Notes under the pieces: generated by a model | Seen by the model: the letters and a program-made list of their open reading frames with translations, nothing else | Database searches by the model: none | What the model was told of the DNA's origin: nothing | Program-made: the position numbers and the translations under genes | Origin: Eubacteriales bacterium | GTDB taxonomy: Bacteria > Bacillota > Clostridia > Oscillospirales > CAG-272 | DNA length: 36,835 nt | Assembly: GCA_045129415.1 (NCBI GenBank) | Contig: JBGVJM010000004.1 | Coordinates: 1-36,835 of the forward strand | Reading direction: 5' to 3' | Part shown: positions 8,538-15,962 of the stretch, one piece after another | How the letters are laid out: every line of letters begins with the position of its first letter | How positions within the stretch are numbered: the first letter of the stretch is position 1

Positions 8538-9308
8538 TTAAAATTCTCCTTTAAGATATTTTATACTGCGTTCAACCTGACCGAGCGGATCCTCAAGGTC
8601 GGTTGCATTGTCCTGCTCAACGAGGAAATATTTTGCGCCCGCCGCCTGCATTTTGGGAATGAGCGATTTGAAATCAATGTTTCCGTCACCCACGGGAGCA
8701 AAGCGGGGCTCCAAGAACAACCAAGCATCTTTGTTCGGGAACAGCTTGTAATCCTTAAGATGTACACATTCTATTCTTCCAGAAAGGCGCTCTACCGTAT
8801 CGGCAATGCTCGCGCCTCCGTACTGCACCCAGAAGGTGTCAAGCGTAAAGCTGATATGAGGAGCATTTTCGACCATATAGTCGAAAATCGTTTGTCCGTC
8901 GTGCTTCAGAAACTCAAAATGATGGTTGTGATAAAAGAATTTAAAGCCGTTCTCGCTCATTTTCTTGGCGGCGACCTCAAGCCTTGCCACCATTTCGTAA
9001 ATGGCATCTTTATCATTGAGCTTTGTAAGATCCATTGCGCCAAGACCTATATTTTTACAGCCAAAGCGCGCGTGCTCCTCCATAAGAGCGTCGGTCTCAT
9101 CAATTATTCGGTTCATGGGAACGTGCGTAAGCACCACGGGCATTCCATGCTCACGGCTAACGCGGGCTATCATATCGGCATCATACGGGCCGCCCGAATA
9201 TTGAAGATACGAGTATCCCATAGCCTTCAGCTTGCCGACCGTATCCGAAAATCCCTTTTCATCACCGATAAGTCCGCGCAATGAAAACAAATTAAGTCCA
9301 AATTCCAT
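8538..9308 (-). CDS. Sugar phosphate isomerase/epimerase (xylose isomerase-like TIM barrel)
   Basis: 256 aa. YHNHHFEF, VHLKD and VEQD metal-ligand-like motifs. Its ATG overlaps the upstream stop (TAATG at 9306-9310). Confidence 0.75.
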   Translation of the reverse strand: MEFGLNLFSLRGLIGDEKGFSDTVGKLKAMGYSYLQYSGGPYDADMIARVSREHGMPVVLTHVPMNRIIDETDALMEEHARFGCKNIGLGAMDLTKLNDKDAIYEMVARLEVAAKKMSENGFKFFYHNHHFEFLKHDGQTIFDYMVENAPHISFTLDTFWVQYGGASIADTVERLSGRIECVHLKDYKLFPNKDAWLFLEPRFAPVGDGNIDFKSLIPKMQAAGAKYFLVEQDNATDLEDPLGQVERSIKYLKGEF

Positions 9309-10162
9309 TATTTCGCAAAGCCTCCGTCTACTGCTTTATAGCCCTGCGACAGAATCACGTTCTTTATTGCATTCACAGCCGCGTCAAACGCCTCGTTGTT
9401 ACTCTCAAACTTGAATTTGTTCTTCATTTCGGTGTTGTCTATATCGGAATAGCCCGCAAAGATGGCAAGATGAGGCTCAATGGTCAAGGTCTTGTCCTCA
9501 TCCTCGCCTATCATCGCAACAAGTCGCGCGATGTTTCCGTCACCGTAGCCTGCGGGAACAAGCTCGCCAGTTGCGGCAATTACGTCTTTAATGTGGAAAT
9601 ATTCCGTGCCTGCGTGCAGCGCGTTCAAGGTGTCCTCGCTGCTCTCTCCGCACTCAAGGAAGTTTGCGGGGTCGTATATGTGGTAAAGCCCCTTGACCTG
9701 CTCTCTTATCTTCAAAACCCTGCCGAGCTTGTCGCCGAAAATTTCCTTTTCGTTTTCGTGGCAAAGCTTTACGCCGTACTCGTCAGCAATAGCAACCATT
9801 GCGCGAAGCTCGTCCATCACGCGCTCCTCACAGTCAAACGCCTTGTAAAAGCTGAACATTCTTATCCTGTCCGTTCCGAATATCTTGCAAAGACGGCAAA
9901 GATGACGGAGCACGCCTCTGTGCGCCTCAAGATCACTGTTTATATCTACCTTGCCGATCGGAGAGCCCAAGGACCAGACCTTGATGCCGCCGTCCGCATA
10001 CATTTTGGCGTATTTGTGCGCTTCTTCCTCACTTATCTGCGCGATGTTTTTGCCATCAAGACCGCGAAGCTCTATATACTCCACGCCGTTTCTTTTAAGG
10101 GCGGCTATCTGGCCCTCCACCATCTTGTCAGCTTCATCCGCAAATGCCGCAAGTCTAATCAT
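9308..10162 (-). CDS. Sugar phosphate isomerase/epimerase (xylose isomerase-like TIM barrel)
   Basis: 284 aa. LCHENEK, FHIKD and TIEPHL motifs. RBS GGGAG lies before the ATG at 10162. First gene of the minus-strand cluster. Confidence 0.75.
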   Translation of the reverse strand: MIRLAAFADEADKMVEGQIAALKRNGVEYIELRGLDGKNIAQISEEEAHKYAKMYADGGIKVWSLGSPIGKVDINSDLEAHRGVLRHLCRLCKIFGTDRIRMFSFYKAFDCEERVMDELRAMVAIADEYGVKLCHENEKEIFGDKLGRVLKIREQVKGLYHIYDPANFLECGESSEDTLNALHAGTEYFHIKDVIAATGELVPAGYGDGNIARLVAMIGEDEDKTLTIEPHLAIFAGYSDIDNTEMKNKFKFESNNEAFDAAVNAIKNVILSQGYKAVDGGFAK

Positions 10163-10280
10163 AATATAAATCTCCCTATTGACATTTTTAGCATTATATG
10201 CTACTATGATTATAGCACTTTTTTAATAAGATTAAAAGTATAATCTTATCTTTTAGGGAGATTTATAGCACAATATTAAT

Positions 10281-11027
10281 ATGAGAGACTTAAAACTTAT
10301 TTATTCAAGACACAATATGACAGCTCTTGCCTCATCCATCGTGTCACAGGTCATTCCCTATTGCGAGCTTACCTTGGTAATTCGAGGACATCTTGACTAT
10401 TACGTAGACGGCACGCACGTGCCGCTTGAAGACGGCGACGCAATATTCATTCCCACAGGTCACGTTCGCGCGCGCGACATTCCCGAAAGGGTATGCGACT
10501 ACGTCAGCTTCAATTTTGAAACGGAAGGCGACATCAATTTACCCACGCACATAAAGAGCGCCGTGCATAGCGAGGAGCTTTTTCTCATTGCCGCGCTCGA
10601 CAAGATGAATAGCCGATATTATCCCGACAACGACGAAAAAATAGGTCATCTGCTCGCCTGCACGCTGGCACTGCTCGAGGATAGAGTAAAGATGCACAAT
10701 TACAGTCACCTGACGCGAAGCATCATAGCGCACGTAAACAAGAACTATGCCTTGCGCATAACTCTTGACGACATAGCCGCCCTGACCTACTTTTCGCCCA
10801 TTTACTGCGATACGGTTTTCAAGCGCGAGGTGGGACGGTCAATTATAGATTTTCTCATTGACAAGCGCATAGAGGAAGCTAAAAAGCTGCTTTTGGCGCA
10901 AACCGCCGCCCTGACCTCGGTAGCCGAGCGCGTGGGCTTTTCCGACTACAACTACTTTTCGCGCGTTTTCAAAAAACGCACAGGCTATACCCCATCCGCT
11001 TACCGCCAGATGATACTAAGAAGATAA
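10281..11027 (+). CDS. AraC family transcriptional regulator (cupin N-domain plus HTH)
   Basis: 248 aa. The C-terminal FSDYNYFSRVFKKRTGYTPSAYR is the AraC HTH signature. Divergent from the sugar cluster. The start codon is uncertain because no close RBS precedes 10281. Confidence 0.85.
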   Translation: MRDLKLIYSRHNMTALASSIVSQVIPYCELTLVIRGHLDYYVDGTHVPLEDGDAIFIPTGHVRARDIPERVCDYVSFNFETEGDINLPTHIKSAVHSEELFLIAALDKMNSRYYPDNDEKIGHLLACTLALLEDRVKMHNYSHLTRSIIAHVNKNYALRITLDDIAALTYFSPIYCDTVFKREVGRSIIDFLIDKRIEEAKKLLLAQTAALTSVAERVGFSDYNYFSRVFKKRTGYTPSAYRQMILRR

Positions 11028-11052
11028 AGCCATCACAAAGACCAACAATAAA

Positions 11053-11080
11053 AATGTCCCCCGCGGCTCGCCGCGGGGGA
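11053..11080. repeat. 28-nt GC-rich hairpin element, copy 1 (also a bidirectional terminator)
   Basis: AATGTCCCCCGCGGCTCGCCGCGGGGGA. 10-bp stem TCCCCCGCGG/CCGCGGGGGA with T-rich flanks on both strands. The exact reverse complement recurs at 12025-12052. Confidence 0.7.
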
Positions 11081-11112
11081 GTTTGTTTATGTGATTTTTA
11101 ATTCAATGGCTT

Positions 11113-11694
11113 TTACTCCTCGGAATTAGCAATTTGCTTGATTTTTGTAGCATATTCCAACATCTTTGCCTCCACCGCATCGAAATCATTACAGCCGCGC
11201 GGAATGCGAATGCGCATAAACATTTTATCGTTTATTAGACATGTATAGTAGTCTCCTGTTTTCCCTACGTACACATCACTGGCGGAATCGTATTCGCTAT
11301 TGCTTATTACATCAGCGGTATTTACGCCGGAATCTTGATAAACCAGTCTTACATATAGTTTTTCTTCCAATTGACCGCATTGCCACATTATTTCAAACTC
11401 CCAATTGGGATTTTGCTGCCCCTCCAAAAGAAAGTGTTTACCATAATATATAGATGATAGTTGCCACCCATCCGGCTCTATCAAATGAGATACGATTTGA
11501 ACTTTTAGTGTCCCTTGTGCGAGATCGGGCATATCGCTTTCCCTTGCTTTGACTAAAAACTCATCTTTGCTATACGCATAGATCTTAAATTGAATAGGAT
11601 TAGGATCCGAAATATCGGGCACCCTTGTTTCACAAGAGGAAAGCGCAATAATAACAACAAGAAAGACTATTCCAATCAATCGTATTTTCTTCAC
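11113..11694 (-). CDS. Putative lipoprotein, function unknown
   Basis: 193 aa with a GTG start at 11694 and RBS AAAGGAG upstream. Signal peptide with lipobox-like ALSSC. AT-rich relative to the flanks. Confidence 0.6.
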   Translation of the reverse strand: MKKIRLIGIVFLVVIIALSSCETRVPDISDPNPIQFKIYAYSKDEFLVKARESDMPDLAQGTLKVQIVSHLIEPDGWQLSSIYYGKHFLLEGQQNPNWEFEIMWQCGQLEEKLYVRLVYQDSGVNTADVISNSEYDSASDVYVGKTGDYYTCLINDKMFMRIRIPRGCNDFDAVEAKMLEYATKIKQIANSEE

Positions 11695-11745
11695 CTTTCA
11701 CTTTCTCCTTTCAATCAATGCATGTTTGAATTAGAACGCATACTG

Positions 11746-11835
11746 TCATCTCATTTGACCCGACACGCCCACGTGGCGCAAGAGCAGAGGGATATATCGG
11801 TCAATAGGTTTTTTGGGGCGAATAATTTTCATCAT
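11746..11835 (-). CDS. Candidate 29-aa micro-ORF (MMKIIRPKKPIDRYIPLLLRHVGVSGQMR) between the promoter and the lipoprotein gene
   Basis: Strong RBS GGGAGGG lies 5 nt upstream of ATGATG, and a consensus promoter sits upstream. No recognisable family. Confidence 0.2.
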   Translation of the reverse strand: MMKIIRPKKPIDRYIPLLLRHVGVSGQMR

Positions 11836-11868
11836 TCTATCCCTCCCTTTGATGTTTTTGGTATCTAT

Positions 11869-11897
11869 ATTATACCATATATAGCCCCGTTCGTCAA
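11869..11897 (-). promoter_or_regulatory. Consensus sigma-A promoter driving the micro-ORF and lipoprotein gene
   Basis: Minus strand: TTGACG (11892-11897), 17 nt, TATAAT (11869-11874). Confidence 0.55.
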
Positions 11898-12024
11898 TAT
11901 TTGTGACAGAACGTCAGGGTTTTCGACAACAAGTTGTTAGAATTAAACGAAAACCCAAGCTTGTTAAATGCGAGGAAAAACCTTAATTGTTTAGTTTTTA
12001 CAAAATTTTCGGATATAATAATTG

Positions 12025-12052
12025 TCCCCCGCGGCGAGCCGCGGGGGACATT
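12025..12052. repeat. 28-nt GC-rich hairpin element, copy 2 (inverted); terminator of the upstream minus-strand operon
   Basis: Reverse complement of 11053-11080, identical over 28 nt. It starts 2 nt after the stop of the 12055-12480 gene. Confidence 0.7.
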
Positions 12053-12054
12053 AA

Positions 12055-12480
12055 TTATTCTGTCTTTTTGGCTTGATCCTGTTGAGGCTTGACTTTTTTG
12101 AAAAACACTATCGTTACAACAACGATCGCAACAGCGGCGGGAACAAATGCATCTGCAAACGTTTTGGCATATTCCCAAAAGCTCTCAAACTCATATCTCG
12201 TACCCGTTCGTCCAATCGCCGTGCACACAGTTAAAGCGGTTGCCTGAAAGATCGCCGCGACAAAGTTGAGCAAAGCATTGATCCACTTATTGAATTTATT
12301 TTGCCTTGCAAGCTTTGTGGCAAATATTATCATAGGTATCTGTATCCAAATAGCAAGATTATGATACCAGCTATTGTTCAATAAAAACGTTTTGAAAGAT
12401 ATAGCCGTTACAAACAGATATATGCTCACAAGAACCGGTTCTATAAAAACGATCACGCCGTATTTTATCTTGTTTTTCAC
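12055..12480 (-). CDS. Small integral membrane protein, function unknown
   Basis: About 4 predicted TM helices. The track ORF starts at TTG 12501, but AAAGGAG plus 9 nt plus GTG at 12480 (MKNKIKYGVIVF...) is a better start. AT-rich. Confidence 0.5.
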   Translation of the reverse strand: MKNKIKYGVIVFIEPVLVSIYLFVTAISFKTFLLNNSWYHNLAIWIQIPMIIFATKLARQNKFNKWINALLNFVAAIFQATALTVCTAIGRTGTRYEFESFWEYAKTFADAFVPAAVAIVVVTIVFFKKVKPQQDQAKKTE

Positions 12481-12575
12481 AATATGTTGCTCCTTTCGCA
12501 AAATGATACCGTTTTCTTCAATAAGCCTTATTACGTTTTAACCTTTTTCGTTTATTATCGATCTCCTCTGTATGA

Positions 12576-13583
12576 TCAGGTAAGATATGAAATAATTACC
12601 GCCGCTATAAATATTGCTCCGCACGAGCAAAGCAGTATAAGCGTTGGACGGTAGGCTATAATTCCCTTTACGTCCTCCGCGAACGTGCCGAGCGAAAGCG
12701 TTTTGTTATTTTGTCCGCCTTCTCTCGCTCTTTGCGACTCTTGTCTATATATTCTCGCCGACTCGCCGAAAAACAAGGCTGCCGACAAGAACAAAAGAAC
12801 AAACATTACGACAAGTATCAATCCCTTAGATGCCGTTGACGTGTAATAAGCCGCAATGTTGCTCTCCCAGAAAAGTCGGTAGAGGTTAAACAACAGCTTT
12901 ACTATCACACACGACCAAAGCGAACCCGTTGTATAGAAAACAAAGCAGCAAACGGCTGCCGCAACCACCGTAGGAATAAATCCGCCGAGGCTGAAGCCTA
13001 TAAGTCCGCTCATCACTGCAGACACCGCCGCCGCTGCGGCAAATCCCGAGTCCTTCAACTGCGAAAACACCATACCGCGCAGTAAAAGCTCCTCGCAAAT
13101 CGCGGGAAGCGCGGCATACACCAGCACAAGATACGGCCACGATACCGAAAACTCATGCTCACCTGCGGTAAATACTCCAAGCAGAGTAAATCCCTTCGCC
13201 ATCGAATAAGCTCCGCCGAAAATGACGGAAGCTATCATTGATGCGCTCATCATAAACAACGCCGCAAACAGCATAAAGAAAATGTGTCGCGCGCCGATCC
13301 TTCTGTATCCCGCAGTCCTCAAAAAATCCGCCGCGGACTTATTCGGATATATCGACAAAAGCACCAGATAGCAAGGAAAGGCAACCGCCAATATCTCTAT
13401 GATGGCGGGGGCAAGCAGCCCATTGCCAAATGGATATACAAAGGCATTTATTATCAATGCCACAAGCGAGACCGCCATAGAGACAAGACACAAAAACATG
13501 GGGATCGACGCATCCTTTTGCACGCGCGCTGATTGGGGTGCGTCCGTCTTTCGCGGTGTCGCATTCATCTTATTTTCATTCAT
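12576..13583 (-). CDS. CPBP (CAAX/Abi) family intramembrane protein, probably catalytically degenerate
   Basis: 335 aa and polytopic. The EELLLRG motif (EExxxR) is present. No His occurs anywhere C-terminal to it, where the FxxxH and HxxxN motifs are expected. Confidence 0.65.
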   Translation of the reverse strand: MNENKMNATPRKTDAPQSARVQKDASIPMFLCLVSMAVSLVALIINAFVYPFGNGLLAPAIIEILAVAFPCYLVLLSIYPNKSAADFLRTAGYRRIGARHIFFMLFAALFMMSASMIASVIFGGAYSMAKGFTLLGVFTAGEHEFSVSWPYLVLVYAALPAICEELLLRGMVFSQLKDSGFAAAAAVSAVMSGLIGFSLGGFIPTVVAAAVCCFVFYTTGSLWSCVIVKLLFNLYRLFWESNIAAYYTSTASKGLILVVMFVLLFLSAALFFGESARIYRQESQRAREGGQNNKTLSLGTFAEDVKGIIAYRPTLILLCSCGAIFIAAVIISYLT

Positions 13584-13604
13584 TTCATTCCTCTTTTTTC
13601 GGGA

Positions 13605-14144
13605 TCAACCGAATACAGAATTTCTGATTTTTTCGGCAGTCTCGTCATCACGAAGCGCCCTTACAAGCTCAAGTCCGAATTCAAACGCCGCGCCCATTCC
13701 CTTTGCGGTAATTACGCGTCCGTCACGCACGACCGTGCGCTCTCCGTCAACGACAGCACCGCAAAGCTCGTCCTCAAAGCCGGGATAGCAGACCGCGCGC
13801 TTGCCCTCAAGCATCCCTCTCTTGCCAAGCACAAACGGAGCCGCGCAAATAGCCGCCACAAACGCACCCTTACGATGTGCCGCGCGAAGCGCCGCATCAA
13901 CCGTTCTGCATTCGTCAAGATTTTTCGCGCCGGGCATTCCGCCGGGAAGAATTATCATCTCGGGATTTGCATCTCTGTACATGGTATCGGGAATATCGGC
14001 AAAAACCGTTATGCCGTGCGCGCCTCTTATAACGTCCCGTCCAACACCTACCGTGGTGACCTCAACGCCTGCGCGCCTCAAAATATCAAGCGGACAAAGT
14101 GCCTCGACCTCCTCAAAGCCGTCCGCCAAAAACATATATACCAT
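13605..14144 (-). CDS. DJ-1/PfpI (ThiJ) family protein
   Basis: 179 aa. FLADGFEEVEAL..., nucleophile elbow AAICAAP, ITAKGMGAA. Confidence 0.85.
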   Translation of the reverse strand: MVYMFLADGFEEVEALCPLDILRRAGVEVTTVGVGRDVIRGAHGITVFADIPDTMYRDANPEMIILPGGMPGAKNLDECRTVDAALRAAHRKGAFVAAICAAPFVLGKRGMLEGKRAVCYPGFEDELCGAVVDGERTVVRDGRVITAKGMGAAFEFGLELVRALRDDETAEKIRNSVFG

Positions 14145-14175
14145 AGGACATCTCCTTCTTACTTACTACCCTTTG

Positions 14176-14204
14176 ATTATATCATACCGCCGCCGCCTTG
14201 TCAA
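14176..14204 (-). promoter_or_regulatory. Consensus sigma-A promoter for the DJ-1/CPBP/membrane-protein operon
   Basis: Minus strand: TTGACA (14199-14204), 17 nt, TGaTATAAT (TATAAT 14176-14181). Confidence 0.55.
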
Positions 14205-14273
14205 TCAAAAAAAACGCGCGTTACAGCACACATGCAACTGCTTGGCTTCAATTCTTAAAGTTTATTAAAAATC

Positions 14274-14302
14274 TTGATTTTTATATGTGCGCATGTTATA
14301 AT
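14274..14302 (+). promoter_or_regulatory. Sigma-A promoter for the O-antigen-ligase-like gene
   Basis: TTGATT (14274-14279), 17 nt, TATAAT (14297-14302). Confidence 0.5.
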
Positions 14303-14346
14303 TAAAGTTGGTATTTAATACGAATTTTGACGAAAGGAGCAGCTTT

Positions 14347-15846
14347 ATGGGATACGGAGCAGTGTTAAGAGAGCGTTTTCCGCTTATTAAATTTTTGGTA
14401 AATGCGCAAAAGACCGTATGGTATCCGATACTGTTTGCGGTTCTGTGTATCATCTCAGGCTCAAACGGTCGCGACGTGTACGTCCCCATGATATGCATTC
14501 TTTGCTCCTTCATTTTATTTTCGCTGTTTTTCTCGGATGACAACAAGGTTCTTTTGGTTCCCATACTGATGGTATACTACTCCCTTGGCATGGACAACCC
14601 CGAGGCGCGTCCCGGCGGCACGACCGGAGATTCCCTGCTTTCGTCCTTTGACCTCGAATCCTTCATCGTTATAATTTCGCTCGGCGTTATCGTCTTTTGC
14701 GCGTTTGTTACTCGTCTCATAGCGGACGGCTCAATAAAGGCGGCATTTGAGAGAACAAAGGTCGGAACGGTTGGTATTCTCGCGCTTGACGCGGCGTTTA
14801 TGCTCAACGGAATTTTCAGTCCCGATTATCAGCCCATAAACCTTCTTTACGGCTTTATAATATCGGTTGCCATAACGGTCTTCTATTTTGCGGCAATCGG
14901 CATGATGAAAAATTCCCGCGACGTTGTTCCTTATGCCTGCAAGACCATGGTCTGCACCGCGTACGTCGCGTTGATCCAATTTTTGATAAAGGCTTATTGG
15001 GTGTTTACCGAGGGCAGTCTATTTATTCTTAACTCGCAGTCCGAAATAATAAGAATAAACAGGTCGTATCTCAATCTCGCCTGGGGACTTTCAACCCAGA
15101 TCGCCGCGGTATTCGTTCTCGGCATTCCCGCCGCGCTTTATCTTGCGAGACGCTGCAAATATGCGGTGCTCTCCTATGCGTCCGCGTTTGCATTCCTTGT
15201 CGGCACGGTGCTTATAAACACCCGCTCGGCAATGCTCGTCGGCGCGTTCGCTTTCGTTGCCTGCTCCGTCCTTTGTTGCTTAAAAAACAAGGAGCATCCC
15301 ATAAACGCCGTATACTGTCGCGTGCTTTTCTTTGTGTTTATCACCTTCTCGGGATACGTCGTTATAAGTCTTTTGGATCTTCCCTCGGGGCTTGACGAGC
15401 TGCTTTACTATCTCAGGCTCGGCGACCACGATGACTCCGCAAGACTTCGCATATGGAAAAGGGGCATTGAACACTTTTTGCAAAATCCCCTCTTCGGCTC
15501 GGGCTTTGATACAGGATCAAATATTGAAAACAACGTGTTCTCAAGCATGTATCATTGCATTATCGTTCAGATGTTGGGCTCAACGGGAATCTTCGGAGCA
15601 TTGGCGTTTATCATTCACGGAATATCCTTTGGAACAGTATTCTTCAAAAAAATATCGGTTGACAAGGTGCTTTTGCTCTTTATTCCGCTTATGATACTCG
15701 GCATGTCCTTGGTAGATAATTTCTTCTTCTACCCCAATTCGCAAATTTTTTACGCGGTATTTTTAGCGCTTGCTGAATTTTATATAGGCTCCGATAACGG
15801 TCACGACCGTAACGGAGCTTATATTTTTGTCTCCCGTCAGGCATGA
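14347..15846 (+). CDS. O-antigen ligase/polymerase-like (Wzy_C family) polytopic membrane protein
   Basis: About 12 TM segments with a loop carrying RLRIWKRGIEHFLQNPLFGSGFD, typical of the Wzy_C/O-antigen ligase domain. RBS AAAGGAG supports ATG 14347 rather than the track start at 14308. Confidence 0.65.
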   Translation: MGYGAVLRERFPLIKFLVNAQKTVWYPILFAVLCIISGSNGRDVYVPMICILCSFILFSLFFSDDNKVLLVPILMVYYSLGMDNPEARPGGTTGDSLLSSFDLESFIVIISLGVIVFCAFVTRLIADGSIKAAFERTKVGTVGILALDAAFMLNGIFSPDYQPINLLYGFIISVAITVFYFAAIGMMKNSRDVVPYACKTMVCTAYVALIQFLIKAYWVFTEGSLFILNSQSEIIRINRSYLNLAWGLSTQIAAVFVLGIPAALYLARRCKYAVLSYASAFAFLVGTVLINTRSAMLVGAFAFVACSVLCCLKNKEHPINAVYCRVLFFVFITFSGYVVISLLDLPSGLDELLYYLRLGDHDDSARLRIWKRGIEHFLQNPLFGSGFDTGSNIENNVFSSMYHCIIVQMLGSTGIFGALAFIIHGISFGTVFFKKISVDKVLLLFIPLMILGMSLVDNFFFYPNSQIFYAVFLALAEFYIGSDNGHDRNGAYIFVSRQA

Positions 15847-15873
15847 TATTCCTACCTTTCCTGCAAAAGGGTG

Positions 15874-15902
15874 TTGACACAAAGTTATATATATGTTATA
15901 AT
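15874..15902 (+). promoter_or_regulatory. Perfect consensus sigma-A promoter
   Basis: TTGACA (15874-15879), 17 nt, TATAAT (15897-15902), upstream of the 15963 gene. Confidence 0.6.
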
Positions 15903-15962
15903 ACATTGATAGACGATTGTCATTCATAATAGCCACAAATTACGAATATCAGAGGTATAAAA

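Noticed and set aside
7351-8541. 396-aa plus-strand ORF antisense to the Gfo/Idh/MocA gene. Similar shadows occur at 267-1112, 8469-9284, 9470-10243, 13533-14258, 13801-14268 and 20710-21354.
   Set aside because: Where I checked the arithmetic (267-1112, 7351-8541, 8469-9284, 9470-10243), these ORFs lie in the codon-aligned antisense frame of genes with clear family motifs. The rest I rejected without a frame check, because each is antisense to a gene with a strong family assignment. None has independent expression signals or recognisable domains.
10166-10266. Perfect 13-bp inverted repeat, ATAAATCTCCCTA / TAGGGAGATTTAT, in the araC-sugar cluster intergenic region
   Set aside because: Each arm is the GGGAG Shine-Dalgarno region facing one of the two divergent genes, so the symmetry probably reflects similar RBS contexts. 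The 75-nt spacing is too wide for a simple dimer operator. It could still be an AraC-related site, but I cannot support that.
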